A stretch of DNA of 64,000 nucleotides from Clostridia bacterium (GCA_022767925.1 JALENG010000033.1:16300-80299), one strand, 5' to 3'; positions 49,459 through 60,004 are shown, counted from the first letter of the stretch. The notes: a model not told the origin generated them from the letters alone. Translations and numbers: made by a program.

Positions 49459-50829
49459 TTATACACAGGCAGCGGAAACAGCCTCTCGAACAGAACGGAT
49501 CCCTATCAGTTCCATGTTCTCCGGTACCGAGCGCAGCCCTTTTAAATTGTGCTGGGGCAGAATACAGCGGGTAAAGCCGAGGCGGGCAGCCTCCATAATC
49601 CGAGCCTGTGCCTGCGAAACCGCCCGCAATTCCCCGGCCAGTCCGATCTCTCCAAAGACAATCGTATCCTCCCGAATGGGTGTATCCTTCAGGCTGGATA
49701 CTAACGCCAGGGCCACCGCCAGATCGGAAGAAGGCTCGTCCAGGCGCAGCCCACCAATCACATTCAAATAGGCGTCCAGATTGGAAAAATAGTAACCGCC
49801 GCGCTTTTCCAGAACCGCAAGCAGAAGATTCATCCGGTTATAGTCAAAGCCCGTGGACATTCTGCGCGGATTTCCAAAACCTGTTGTCGTGGCCAGGCCC
49901 TGAATCTCTGCCAGAATCGGACGGGACCCTTCGATCACACAGGTCACACAGGTACCGGAAACATGAAGGGGCCGGCCGGCCAGCATTGCTTCCGACGGGT
50001 TTTCCACCTGGTGAAGTCCATCCTCATTCATATCAAACACGCCGATTTCATTGGTGGAGCCATACCGGTTTTTGACAGCCCGCAGGATCCGGAAGGACAT
50101 TTGGCGGTCGCCCTCAAAGTACAGCACCGCATCCACAATATGCTCCAAAACCTTGGGCCCCGCCACTGCGCCGTCCTTATTGACATGACCGACCAAAAAA
50201 ACGGGAATATCCAGCGTTTTGCAGCAGCGCAGCAGGAAATTTGTGCATTCGCGTACCTGTGTGACACTTCCCGGTGAAGAATTCAGCTCGGTGAGATTCA
50301 TCGTCTGAATCGAGTCAATAATGACCAGATCCGGCTTTTCCGTATGGATTTGCTCGGTCACGATCTGTACATCGGTCTCCGTCAGGATCAAAAGGTTTTC
50401 GCTGTCCACTCCCAACCGCAGTGCCCGAAGCTTAATCTGCCGGGCGGATTCCTCGCCGGATACATATAAAACTTTTCTCTCTTTTCCGAGACTCTGGCAG
50501 ATCTGCAGCAGCAGCGTGGATTTTCCAATACCGGGATCTCCGCTGAGAAGATTGAGGGATCCTTTCACAATTCCCCCGCCGAGTACACGGTCCAGTTCCG
50601 AAAAACCGGTTTTGTACCGCTCTTCTTCCGATGTGCTGATCTGGGAAATCGGCATGACCCGATTCATCCGGTGAGAAGATGGCTTTCCGGCAGAAACAGG
50701 GGCCGCAGAAGAAGCCAATTCTTCTTCCAGAGTGTTCCACTCGCCGCATCCGGGGCATTTCCCGTACCATTTTGCTGTGGAAAACCCGCACTGGGAACAT
50801 ACATACATGGTTTTATTCTTTCCTGCCAT
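49459..50829 (-). CDS. radA: DNA repair protein RadA
   Basis: Zinc finger CSQCG..CPGCGEW, Walker A GDPGIGKST, KNRYG motif, Lon-like C-terminal domain. Confidence 0.94.
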   Translation of the reverse strand: MAGKNKTMYVCSQCGFSTAKWYGKCPGCGEWNTLEEELASSAAPVSAGKPSSHRMNRVMPISQISTSEEERYKTGFSELDRVLGGGIVKGSLNLLSGDPGIGKSTLLLQICQSLGKERKVLYVSGEESARQIKLRALRLGVDSENLLILTETDVQIVTEQIHTEKPDLVIIDSIQTMNLTELNSSPGSVTQVRECTNFLLRCCKTLDIPVFLVGHVNKDGAVAGPKVLEHIVDAVLYFEGDRQMSFRILRAVKNRYGSTNEIGVFDMNEDGLHQVENPSEAMLAGRPLHVSGTCVTCVIEGSRPILAEIQGLATTTGFGNPRRMSTGFDYNRMNLLLAVLEKRGGYYFSNLDAYLNVIGGLRLDEPSSDLAVALALVSSLKDTPIREDTIVFGEIGLAGELRAVSQAQARIMEAARLGFTRCILPQHNLKGLRSVPENMELIGIRSVREAVSAACV

Positions 50830-51620
50830 AGTTCTTCTGTCTCTCCTGTCTGCATGATAGTTTCATCATACCACGATACAGAGGGGATTACAACGCCGTT
50901 TTCCCGAAGAAAATCGACCAGCCCGCTCATAATACAGGCGGCCGCTTTTTGCTGATACACCGGATTTTTCAAGTTGGATAAATCCTCTTCGTTCGAGAGA
51001 AACCCGCATTCCACCAGAACGGCCGGTACTTCCGCATGGGTCAACAGGTAAATGGAGGAATCGGCTTCTTTGCACTGGCGTGTATTTTCAGGCTGCAGAT
51101 GCTCGATAAAAGCTTTTTGAATGCACTGCGCCAGGGCTTCACTGTCCGCATGATTGGGAGAATAAAAAACCTGGGCGCCCCCATAGCGGCTGTCTGAAAA
51201 GTGGTTTTGGTGGATACTGATGAAAAGGCACGGCGCATTTTCTTCAATCATTGCAAAGCGGCGATAGATATCATCTGCTTTCCTTTCGCGCAGAGTCTTT
51301 AGCGAGTCATCCCCCAAATCCACATCCGCCTCTCTGGTCATCACCACGCGAAACCCGGCGGCTTGCAAATAGCGCCGCAAATACAGGGCGATTTGCAGAT
51401 TGATATCCTTTTCCATGGTACCATCGGATGCCTGCGTCCCGCCGTCCTCCCCGCCATGTCCCGGATCAATCAGAATCACTTTGGGATTTTCGGCGAGAGA
51501 ATCCGCCTGGCTGGACAAGCTCTGCATGGATTGGAGGCTCTGATAACAAAACAGGGCGAGAGCCCCTAAAAAGAGAAAGAAAAGAAAAGTATCAGAAATG
51601 GAGTGCTTTCTTTCCTGCAT
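50664..51620 (-). CDS. N-acetylmuramoyl-L-alanine amidase (Amidase_3, CwlD-like) with an unusual 3' extension
   Basis: LIDPGHGGEDGG, SIHQN and VECGFLSN motifs. The reading frame continues 166 nt into radA. Confidence 0.8.
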   Translation of the reverse strand: MQERKHSISDTFLFFLFLGALALFCYQSLQSMQSLSSQADSLAENPKVILIDPGHGGEDGGTQASDGTMEKDINLQIALYLRRYLQAAGFRVVMTREADVDLGDDSLKTLRERKADDIYRRFAMIEENAPCLFISIHQNHFSDSRYGGAQVFYSPNHADSEALAQCIQKAFIEHLQPENTRQCKEADSSIYLLTHAEVPAVLVECGFLSNEEDLSNLKNPVYQQKAAACIMSGLVDFLRENGVVIPSVSWYDETIMQTGETEELWQERIKPCMYVPSAGFPQQNGTGNAPDAASGTLWKKNWLLLRPLFLPESHLLTG

Positions 51621-51652
51621 AATTCCCTCCCTGACCAGCTGCGTGCTTATGC

Positions 51653-51681
51653 TTGCGAGATGAGACTGAGTCTGCTATAAT
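51653..51681 (+). promoter_or_regulatory. sigma-A type promoter upstream of metF
   Basis: TTGCGA (51653-51658), 17-nt spacer, TATAAT (51676-51681). Confidence 0.5.
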
Positions 51682-51738
51682 ATATATAATACATAGTTAT
51701 ATAGTATGATTTTAAAATAACAGAGTGAGGCTTATCAA

Positions 51739-52608
51739 ATGAAAATTAATGAACTTTTTGCCAGCAAGAAAGTTACCTTTTCTTGCGAAATCTTTCCTCC
51801 CAAAATTGGGATGGATATTCATCAGATTGATCATGTCATTGATGAGATTGCCCCGATTCACCCTGATTTCATTAGTGTGACCTGTGGGGCCGGCGGCAGT
51901 ACAAAGGGGCACACCAATCAGATCGCCGCGCAGATTCAGGAAAAATACGGAATTCCCACCCTGGCACATTTAACCTGTGTCTCCAGCACACAGGAGGAAA
52001 TTTCCGGAGAGCTGCAGGATTTGCAGCAACGGGGGATCCACAATATCCTCGCTTTGCGCGGGGATCTTCCCAAGGACGGCCAGTTTCCGGCCGGGAATCA
52101 CTATCACTATGCCAGTGAATTGATCACTGAAATCCGCAAAAGTGGAATCGACTTCTGCATTGGCGCTGCCTGTTACCCGGACGGCCATGTGGAGTGCGCC
52201 AGCCGGGAGACCGATATCGACTATTTGAAGGAAAAAGTTGCCTGTGGCTGCGATTTTCTGACCACCCAGATGTTTTTTGACAACAATGTCCTCTATAATT
52301 TCCTATACCGTACCCTCGCGAAGGGGATCCATGTTCCGATTATCGCGGGTGTGATGCCCGTCACCAATTATAAGCAGATTGATCGCTCCTGTAAGCTGTC
52401 TGGTACTACTCTTCCCACCCGTTTCCGTCGTTTGGCCGAGCGTTTTGGCGATGATCCTGCCTCGATGAAGCAGGCCGGAATTGCGTATGCAACCGAGCAG
52501 ATCATTGATCTGCTCGCAAATGGTGTGAACCACATTCATCTATACACCATGAATAAACCGGAAATCGCCCGGAAGATCAAAGAAAATCTGTCGAGCATCC
52601 TGGGATAA
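51739..52608 (+). CDS. metF: methylenetetrahydrofolate reductase
   Basis: 289 aa. FSCEIFPPK..ISVTCGAGGST..LTCV..LALRGD. Confidence 0.9.
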   Translation: MKINELFASKKVTFSCEIFPPKIGMDIHQIDHVIDEIAPIHPDFISVTCGAGGSTKGHTNQIAAQIQEKYGIPTLAHLTCVSSTQEEISGELQDLQQRGIHNILALRGDLPKDGQFPAGNHYHYASELITEIRKSGIDFCIGAACYPDGHVECASRETDIDYLKEKVACGCDFLTTQMFFDNNVLYNFLYRTLAKGIHVPIIAGVMPVTNYKQIDRSCKLSGTTLPTRFRRLAERFGDDPASMKQAGIAYATEQIIDLLANGVNHIHLYTMNKPEIARKIKENLSSILG

Positions 52609-52612
52609 AGGT

Positions 52613-53266
52613 ATGGATAAGCTGAAAATTCGAAGAGAAGAGGTTTGGCGGTACCTGGGGGCCGCTTCTCTTCCCCACGACTCCGCTCTCGCCCGGAAAA
52701 TTGAAGAGGCCTGTGAAAAGCTCGATCAGATCGCAGCACCGCGGTGGACCTCTCTGCGACTGCCCCTCTCCTTTGAGAAAGACGGCGTCCTTTTCATCGG
52801 AGAACAGCGGTATATCAGCCACGACTTAACCCGTCATCTACATCACTGCCGGGAGGTTTTTCTTTTTGCTGCTACGCTGGGAATCGGGGTGGATCAGTGG
52901 ATTCGCCGCAGTGAGATTACCGATATGTCCATGGCCGTGATTTTGCAGGCCTGTGCCGCTGAAGCGATCGAGAGTTGGTGTGACCGCTGTGAAGAATCCC
53001 TTCTGCAGGAGGCCCGAAAAAATGACCTGTATCTGCGCCCCCGGTACAGCCCCGGGTATGGGGATTTTTCCATCGAATACCAAAGCCAGCTGCTCCGCAC
53101 CCTGCAGGCTGAGAAGAAAATCGGATTGACGGTTACGGAAAGCTGCCTGATGCTCCCCATGAAATCCGTTTCCGCTGTCATCGGCCTTACCTCCAACCAG
53201 GAAAGCTGCCATATTCACAAATGCGCAGCTTGTTCCAATACTACTTGCCCTTTCAGAAAGGTATGA
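52613..53266 (+). CDS. stand-alone methionine synthase activation-domain protein (Met_synt_B12-like)
   Basis: RYSPGYGDF..LTVTESCLMLPMKSVSAVIGL. C-terminal Cys cluster CHIHKCAACSNTTC. Confidence 0.8.
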   Translation: MDKLKIRREEVWRYLGAASLPHDSALARKIEEACEKLDQIAAPRWTSLRLPLSFEKDGVLFIGEQRYISHDLTRHLHHCREVFLFAATLGIGVDQWIRRSEITDMSMAVILQACAAEAIESWCDRCEESLLQEARKNDLYLRPRYSPGYGDFSIEYQSQLLRTLQAEKKIGLTVTESCLMLPMKSVSAVIGLTSNQESCHIHKCAACSNTTCPFRKV

Positions 53267-53272
53267 TTTTTC

Positions 53273-55672
53273 ATGATTCAGACATCGGCCCATCCTTTGT
53301 GGGAAAAATTGGGGAAAGTGCCCCTGTTTATTGACGGGGCAATGGGAACCCTGCTTCAGGAAAACGGACTGGGCGCTGGGGATATCCCGGAACTGTGGAA
53401 TCTCTCTCGTCCGGAGGTCCTTTATCAAATTCACTCGGACTATCTTAAAGCCGGGTGCGATATTCTGGAAGCGAATACATTTGGCGCCAATCGGATTAAG
53501 CTGCACGGTATGGCGGATACCGAAGAAGTGATCCGTGCTGCCATATCCATTGCCAAAAAAGCCGCCTCCGACTGTGGCCGCCCGGCCCTTGTTGCCATGG
53601 ACATCGGCCCCACCGGGAAACTGCTGAAACCCATGGGAGAGCTGCCGTTTGATGAAGCGGCCGCTGCTTTTGGAGAAGCGGCCCGGATCGGTCAGGAGAG
53701 CGGGGCGGATCTCATCCTGATCGAAACCATGAGCGATACACTGGAGATGAAAGCAGCCGTTATCGGCTGCAAGGAAAACAGCACCCTTCCTGTTTTCGCC
53801 AGCATGATTTTCGACGAAAAAGGGAAACTGCTGACCGGCGGTGACATCGCCGCCGCCGCTGCCCTGCTGACCCAATTGGGTGTGGATGCCATCGGCATCA
53901 ATTGCGGCCTCGGCCCGGAACAGATGGTCAAACTGCTCCCCACCCTGCGCGCCCACACGGACCTGCCCCTTTTCGTCAACCCCAATGCCGGCCTTCCCAG
54001 ACGGATGGGTGGAAAAACGGTGTATGACGTATTTCCACCGCGCTTTGCCGCCTGTATGGCGGATTTGATCCGGGAAGGCGCCTGGGTTGTGGGCGGCTGC
54101 TGCGGTACCACACCGGCCCATATTCGTGAAATGGTTCGTGTTTGCTCCTCCCTCCCCCTCTCCCCGCTGCCCCAAAACAATGAAACCATTGTTTCCTCGT
54201 ATGCCAAAACGGTCTCTTTTGGTGCAGTTCCCCTGCTGATCGGTGAGCGAATTAACCCCACCGGAAAAAAGAAGCTGAAACAGGCGCTGCGCGATCACGA
54301 TATCGACTATCTTTTGCGCGAGGCGGTCACCCAGCAGGAAAACGGTGCGGACATTCTGGATGTCAATGTGGGGTTGCCCGAAATTGATGAAAAAGCCACG
54401 ATGTGCGAGGTGATCGATCAGCTGCAAAGCGTGACGGATCTGCCCCTGCAGATTGATACTTCCAGTCCCGAGGTCATGGAGGCCGCTTTGCGCCGGTATA
54501 ACGGGGTAGCACTGGTGAACTCGGTAAATGGCAAGGAAGAGGTTATGCACGCCATCTTCCCCCTGGTCAAAAAGTACGGCGGCGTTGTGATTGCCCTTAC
54601 CTTAGATGAAGAGGGCATTCCGGAAACCGCAGAAGGGCGCCTGCGCATTGCAGAAAAAATTCTGAAAACGGCGGATTCCTACGGCATTCCCCGGAAAAAC
54701 CTGGTGGTAGACGCCCTGACCATGACCATCAGCACGGGAAAAGAGGCGGCCAATGTCACATTGGAGACCATTTCCCGGCTGCACAAACAGGGCATTTATA
54801 CCTCTCTGGGCGTTTCCAACGTGTCCTTCGGTCTTCCGCAGCGGGAAATTATCAATTCCATGTTTTTCACAATGGCCCTGCAGAATGGGCTGTCCGCAGC
54901 CATTATGAACCCGAACTCCGCCGGAATGATGAATGCCTATCGCTCTTATCTGGCATTAACCGGGCTGGATGAAAACTGCAGCCGGTACATCGCCCACTAC
55001 TCGGCGGTTCCCACTGCGGCCCCGGCGCCGGCCAATGCTCCGGGGAAAGAGATCTCCCTTGCCCAATCCATTATCCGCGGTTTGAAGGAGAGCGCCTATG
55101 CGGCAGCGGCTGCTGATGTAAAGGAAAAGCCCGCACTGGATGTGATTCGTGAGGAACTGGTTCCGGCTTTGGACACGGTGGGAAAGGATTATGAGACCGG
55201 AAAGCTCTATCTGCCCCAGTTGCTGATGAGTGCCGAGGCCGCCAAGGCTGCTTTTGAGGCCCTGAAAAATGCCATGCAGGCTTCCGGCGATACGGCGCAG
55301 GTGGAAAAAGGAACCATTGTGCTGGCTACGGTCCAGGGAGATATTCACGATATCGGAAAGAATATTGTAAAGGTCCTGCTGCAGAATTACAGTTTTCATG
55401 TATTGGACCTGGGAAAGGACGTCCCTCCCCAAACGGTTGTGGATGCGGTGGTGCAGAACCATGTTCAGCTCTGCGGTCTCAGTGCCCTGATGACCACAAC
55501 GGTGGAGAATATGGCCCGCACCATTGAACTGCTGCATGAACAGGCCCCCTGGTGCAAAATTGTGGTGGGCGGCGCGGTTTTGAATGCAGAATATGCGGCC
55601 ATGATTCACGCGGATCACTATGCCAAAGATGCCATGGAAACCGTGCGATATGCCGAGACCATTTTTTCCTGA
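53273..55672 (+). CDS. metH: methionine synthase core (Hcy S-methyltransferase, pterin-binding and B12-binding domains)
   Basis: GGCCGTTP zinc-site region, pterin-binding domain, cobalamin motif GDIHDIGKN. 799 aa, with no C-terminal activation domain. Confidence 0.9.
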   Translation: MIQTSAHPLWEKLGKVPLFIDGAMGTLLQENGLGAGDIPELWNLSRPEVLYQIHSDYLKAGCDILEANTFGANRIKLHGMADTEEVIRAAISIAKKAASDCGRPALVAMDIGPTGKLLKPMGELPFDEAAAAFGEAARIGQESGADLILIETMSDTLEMKAAVIGCKENSTLPVFASMIFDEKGKLLTGGDIAAAAALLTQLGVDAIGINCGLGPEQMVKLLPTLRAHTDLPLFVNPNAGLPRRMGGKTVYDVFPPRFAACMADLIREGAWVVGGCCGTTPAHIREMVRVCSSLPLSPLPQNNETIVSSYAKTVSFGAVPLLIGERINPTGKKKLKQALRDHDIDYLLREAVTQQENGADILDVNVGLPEIDEKATMCEVIDQLQSVTDLPLQIDTSSPEVMEAALRRYNGVALVNSVNGKEEVMHAIFPLVKKYGGVVIALTLDEEGIPETAEGRLRIAEKILKTADSYGIPRKNLVVDALTMTISTGKEAANVTLETISRLHKQGIYTSLGVSNVSFGLPQREIINSMFFTMALQNGLSAAIMNPNSAGMMNAYRSYLALTGLDENCSRYIAHYSAVPTAAPAPANAPGKEISLAQSIIRGLKESAYAAAAADVKEKPALDVIREELVPALDTVGKDYETGKLYLPQLLMSAEAAKAAFEALKNAMQASGDTAQVEKGTIVLATVQGDIHDIGKNIVKVLLQNYSFHVLDLGKDVPPQTVVDAVVQNHVQLCGLSALMTTTVENMARTIELLHEQAPWCKIVVGGAVLNAEYAAMIHADHYAKDAMETVRYAETIFS

Positions 55673-55683
55673 GGGAATTTCAC

Positions 55684-55727
55684 AAAAAGCCACCCGAATC
55701 CTTTTAAAAGGATTCGGGTGGCTTTTT
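55684..55727. terminator. bidirectional terminator
   Basis: Perfect 18-bp arms AGCCACCCGAATCCTTTT/AAAAGGATTCGGGTGGCT, flanked by an A-run and a T-run. Confidence 0.85.
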
Positions 55728-55764
55728 ATCGAAAGAAGAGAAGGAAATTATACCATTTGATTCA

Positions 55765-57261
55765 TCAGGATTCCTGCCGCTTTTCCTCGATTTTCTTTTC
55801 AATTGCGTGGACCACCGTTTCCAAAACCTTTACGCGTGCGTAATACTTGTCATTTCCTTCGACAATAATCCACGGAGCATAGGTCGTCGACGTGCGAAGC
55901 AGCATCTCATTCACCGCTACCTCATACTGATCCCACTTTTCCCGGTTGCGCCAGTCCTCGTCTGTAATCTTCCACTGCTTTTCCGGTGTGTTCATGCGCT
56001 CGGTAAAGCGGCGCTCCTGCTCATCCTTATCAATCTGCATCCAGAACTTGAGGACAACCGCCCCCGAATTGGTCAGATGATGCTCCATCTCATTGATCTC
56101 GCGATAAGCGCGGCGCCATTCCTCTTCTGTGCAGAATCCCTCGATCCGTTCCACCATCACGCGGCCGTACCAGGTACGGTCAAAAATCGTGATATGGCCG
56201 TCCTTGGGCATATCCTTCCAGAAGCGCCACAAATAGTGGTACTGCCTCTCGGTCGCATTGGGAGAAGCGGTGGGATGCACCAGATATCCCCGGGGATCCA
56301 GGTGGCTGGTCAGCCGTTTAATGGCGCCACCCTTCCCACCGGCATCCCATCCTTCAAATCCCAGTACCACCGGGATACGCAGCCGGTACAGCTCATTATG
56401 CAGAAAACTCAACCGATTCTGCAGGGCTTCCAGCCGTTTTTTGTACTCCTCGCGGGTCAGCTTTTTCGATAAATCCACCCCAGAGAGCGCCCCGGAGCGG
56501 AACTGCTCGGTATCGGCCGGCTTCTCTTTTTCCACAGCAGCCTTTTGCTGGCGGCGGTCCAGCTCGTATTGCAGGCGGTCCGCTACTATGCTAATGATCT
56601 TTGCCGCCGCATAATCCCGGTGTTCGGCTTCCACGATCGTCCAGGGAGCGTAGTCCGTATCCGTTTTCTGCAGCATCTCCTCGTTCATGGCGAGGTATTC
56701 CTTGTATCGCTTATTCCGCTGCAAATCCTGGGGGGAAACACGCCAGGCCGTCTCCTCATTTTTCAACAACTTTTGGAAGCGCTTTTTCTGCTCTTCCCGG
56801 CTGATATACAAAAACAGCTTAATAATCACATAGCCACCGCTGGTCAGCTGCTCCTCAAAGCTGCGGATATCCTCGAAGGCCTGCGGCAATGCCTTTTCCG
56901 GCGTGCGCTTTTCAAAGCGATCTGTCAATACCGTACGATACCAGCTGCGGTCGAAAACGGCAATCTGCCCATTGGGCGGAATTTTCGTCCAGAAGCGCCA
57001 CAAAAACGGGTGCATGGCCTCTTCTTCGCTCTCTTTATTGACCGCATGTACCACAAAGCCACGCGGATCCAACGCCTGAATCAACCGGTTAATCTGGGTC
57101 CCCTTCCCCGAAGCACCCAGACCCTCGAAAACAATCATAACCGGGATGCCGGCCGCTTTACAGGCCCGCTGCAGCACGGCCAGCCGTGCACTTTCCCGCT
57201 CGTAGACCTGTTTTTCCTTCTTTTTATCCATCTTTTTCGATAAATCAATTTTTTCCAGCAT
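55765..57261 (-). CDS. two-domain polyphosphate kinase 2 family protein (polyphosphate:nucleotide phosphotransferase)
   Basis: Two PPK2 repeats with P-loops FEGLGASGKG and FEGWDAGGKGG. Start at MLEKIDL. Confidence 0.88.
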   Translation of the reverse strand: MLEKIDLSKKMDKKKEKQVYERESARLAVLQRACKAAGIPVMIVFEGLGASGKGTQINRLIQALDPRGFVVHAVNKESEEEAMHPFLWRFWTKIPPNGQIAVFDRSWYRTVLTDRFEKRTPEKALPQAFEDIRSFEEQLTSGGYVIIKLFLYISREEQKKRFQKLLKNEETAWRVSPQDLQRNKRYKEYLAMNEEMLQKTDTDYAPWTIVEAEHRDYAAAKIISIVADRLQYELDRRQQKAAVEKEKPADTEQFRSGALSGVDLSKKLTREEYKKRLEALQNRLSFLHNELYRLRIPVVLGFEGWDAGGKGGAIKRLTSHLDPRGYLVHPTASPNATERQYHYLWRFWKDMPKDGHITIFDRTWYGRVMVERIEGFCTEEEWRRAYREINEMEHHLTNSGAVVLKFWMQIDKDEQERRFTERMNTPEKQWKITDEDWRNREKWDQYEVAVNEMLLRTSTTYAPWIIVEGNDKYYARVKVLETVVHAIEKKIEEKRQES

Positions 57262-57376
57262 GGTCTCTCTGCCTTTCAAATGCCTGCTTTTCAAAACAGA
57301 CTTTTTCTAATTATAGCATACTTCCTGAAAAAGTCGATAGTTTCATAAAAAAATCATTCAAAATACTTACATCGCT

Positions 57377-57404
57377 ATATTTTCCAAGGAATATTTTCCA
57401 AGGA
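57377..57404. repeat. tandem 14-nt duplication ATATTTTCCAAGGA x2
   Basis: Exact tandem copies in the divergent PPK2 / cellobiose phosphorylase intergenic region. Confidence 0.75.
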
Positions 57405-57441
57405 ATCTTTCACCATTTTTTTGGGAATCCTCGGTTTCCAG

Positions 57442-57470
57442 TTGAAAAAGTTCCATATTTGCTGTATGAT
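57442..57470 (+). promoter_or_regulatory. sigma-A type promoter of the cellobiose phosphorylase gene
   Basis: TTGAAA (57442-57447), 17-nt spacer, TATGAT (57465-57470). Confidence 0.55.
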
Positions 57471-57532
57471 AAGTATGGACAACTTTCACAAGATTGCTTG
57501 TCCTTAATCTCTAGTACTGGGAGGAAATTTCC

Positions 57533-59965
57533 ATGCGTTTTGGTCATTTTGATGATGCTGCCCGGGAGTATGTGATTACCCGCCCGGACACCCCTTACCC
57601 CTGGATTAACTATCTGGGAAGCGAAGATTTCTTTGGCCTGTTCTCCAATACATCGGGTGGATACTGTTTTTATAAAGACGCCCGTATGCTTCGCTTAACA
57701 CGTTACCGTTACAACAATGTGCCCACGGATGCGGGCGGACGGTATTTCTATGTGAAAGACGGCGACAGCGTTTGGACCCCCGGCTGGCTTCCGGTAAAGG
57801 CAAAGCTGGATTCGTATGAATGCCGTCATGGTATGGGGTACTCGGTGATTTCCTCGAAAAAAGACAATCTGTCTGTAAAACAGACCTCCTTCGTCCCCCT
57901 GCACCACACCTGTGAGGTCCACCGGGTTACGCTGAAAAACGAGGGAACCTCGGAAAAGACGATTCAGCTTTTCTCTTTCATCGAGTTCTGCCTGTGGAAC
58001 GCTTTTGACGATATGACCAATTTCCAGCGCAATTATAATATCGGCGAAGTGGAAGTGATCGGAAGCACCATTTACCACAAAACCGAATACCGGGAACGTC
58101 GGAATCACTATGCTGTTTTTTCCGTGAATGCAGAGGTAGACGGCTTTGATACGGACCGTGAGACCTTTATGGGCCTTTATAACGGTTTTGATCATCCGGA
58201 CGCCGTTTTCGAGGGAAAGAGCCGCAACAGCATTGCCCATGGCTGGGCACCGATTGGGTCCCACAGCCTTTCCTGCACCCTGCAGCCCGGCGAGGAAAAG
58301 AGCTACATTTTTGTGATCGGGTACTGTGAAAATCCGAAGGATCAGAAATGGGAAAGCCTGGGGGTTATCAATAAGGCCCCGGCCAATGAACTGCTGTCCC
58401 ATTTCCAGACGGATGAACAGGTCGATTCCGCCCTGCAGGAGCTGCACGATTACTGGGATGATCTGCTGTCGAACTACCATGTGCAGAGCAGCGACGAAAA
58501 GCTGGACCGGATGGTAAACATCTGGAACCAGTACCAGTGCATGGTTACCTTTAATATGTCCCGTTCTGCCTCTTATTTCGAATCCGGTATTGGCCGCGGC
58601 ATGGGCTTCCGGGATTCCACCCAGGATCTGTTGGGCTTTGTGCATCTGATCCCCTCCCGCGCCCGCGAGCGGATTATGGATATCGCCGCCACCCAGTTCG
58701 AGGACGGCAGCTGCTACCATCAGTATCAGCCCCTGACCAAAAAAGGCAACATGGATGTGGGCAGCGGCTTTAACGATGACCCCCTGTGGCTGATTTTCGG
58801 GGTGGCTGCCTATATCAAGGAAACCGGTGACTGGACGATTCTGAACGAAATGGTTCCCTTTGACTGCGATGCCAGCAAAGCACAGACGATGATGGTTCAC
58901 CTGAAGCGCTCGTTCGACCACGTTGTTAATCACAAGGGTCCCCACGGTCTGCCGCTGATCGGCCGGGCCGACTGGAATGACTGCCTGAATCTGAATTGCT
59001 TCTCGGATACCCCCGGTGAGTCATTCCAGACCTGTTCGAACTTTGAGAGTGGTGTGGCCGAATCGGTGTTTATCGCGGGTATGTTTGTCATGATCGGCCG
59101 CGAATATGAAGAGCTGTGCCGCCGTACCGGATTGATCGAAGAAGCGGATTATGCACAGCGTGAAATCGAAGAAATGTATAAGGCCACGCTGGATGCCGGT
59201 TGGGATGGCGCCTGGTTTGTGCGCGCCTACGATGCGTTCGGTAAGAAGATCGGTTCTCACGAGTGCGAGGAAGGAAAGATCTTTATCGAGAGCAACGGTT
59301 TCTGCGTAATGGCGGGAATCGGCGTGGAAGAAGGGCTGGCTGAAAAAGCCCTGGATTCCGTCCACGAGCTGCTCGACTGCGAATACGGCACGGTCCTGAA
59401 CTGGCCGGCTTACAAGCAATATTACCTGAATCTGGGCGAGATCTCCTCCTACCCCTGCGGTTACAAGGAGACCGGCGGTATTTTCTGCCACAACAATCCC
59501 TGGATTTCCATTGCCGAAACCGTCATCGGCCGCGGCGACAAGGCTTTTGAGGTTTACCGCAAGACCTGCCCGGCCTATCTCGAGGATATCAGTGAAATCC
59601 ACCGCACAGAGCCGTATGTATATCCCCAGATGATCGCCGGTAAGGAATCCGCCAAACCGGGCGAAGCGAAAAACAGCTGGCTGACCGGTACGGCTGCCTG
59701 GACATTCTTTAACGTCTCTCAGCACCTGTTGGGCGTAAAGCCCCAGTACGATGGGCTGATGATTGATCCCTGCATCCCGTCGGACAATGCCGGATTCACC
59801 GTTGACCGCAAATGGCGCGGCGGTGAATACACCATCCGTGTGGAAAATCCCAACGGCGTGCAGAAGGGCGTCGCCTCGGTGGTTGTGGATGGAAGGGCCG
59901 TCGAAGGAAATGTGATTCCGGATTGCGGAAAGGGTCATCATGACGTTGCGGTCGTGATGGGCTGA
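57533..59965 (+). CDS. cellobiose phosphorylase (GH94)
   Basis: 810 aa. Near-collinear with the clostridial Cbp recalled from memory: [69 protein letters not shown]. Confidence 0.92.
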   Translation: MRFGHFDDAAREYVITRPDTPYPWINYLGSEDFFGLFSNTSGGYCFYKDARMLRLTRYRYNNVPTDAGGRYFYVKDGDSVWTPGWLPVKAKLDSYECRHGMGYSVISSKKDNLSVKQTSFVPLHHTCEVHRVTLKNEGTSEKTIQLFSFIEFCLWNAFDDMTNFQRNYNIGEVEVIGSTIYHKTEYRERRNHYAVFSVNAEVDGFDTDRETFMGLYNGFDHPDAVFEGKSRNSIAHGWAPIGSHSLSCTLQPGEEKSYIFVIGYCENPKDQKWESLGVINKAPANELLSHFQTDEQVDSALQELHDYWDDLLSNYHVQSSDEKLDRMVNIWNQYQCMVTFNMSRSASYFESGIGRGMGFRDSTQDLLGFVHLIPSRARERIMDIAATQFEDGSCYHQYQPLTKKGNMDVGSGFNDDPLWLIFGVAAYIKETGDWTILNEMVPFDCDASKAQTMMVHLKRSFDHVVNHKGPHGLPLIGRADWNDCLNLNCFSDTPGESFQTCSNFESGVAESVFIAGMFVMIGREYEELCRRTGLIEEADYAQREIEEMYKATLDAGWDGAWFVRAYDAFGKKIGSHECEEGKIFIESNGFCVMAGIGVEEGLAEKALDSVHELLDCEYGTVLNWPAYKQYYLNLGEISSYPCGYKETGGIFCHNNPWISIAETVIGRGDKAFEVYRKTCPAYLEDISEIHRTEPYVYPQMIAGKESAKPGEAKNSWLTGTAAWTFFNVSQHLLGVKPQYDGLMIDPCIPSDNAGFTVDRKWRGGEYTIRVENPNGVQKGVASVVVDGRAVEGNVIPDCGKGHHDVAVVMG

Positions 59966-60004
59966 TCGTCTGTTCTTCCCCTTATCCGGATATCGATTCT
60001 GATC

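Noticed and set aside
51621-51738. SAM riboswitch upstream of metF.
   Set aside because: The intergenic region is only 118 nt and about half is taken up by the promoter. No S-box-like helices or conserved motifs were seen.
52838-54550. A 570-aa ORF antisense to metH and the activation-domain gene. Similar long antisense ORFs occur at 57695-58945, 59021-60127, 35668-36543, 37847-38710, 41741-42589 and 24667-25674.
   Set aside because: I checked each one and all are in the codon-aligned mirror frame of a confidently identified sense gene. None has a recognisable domain.
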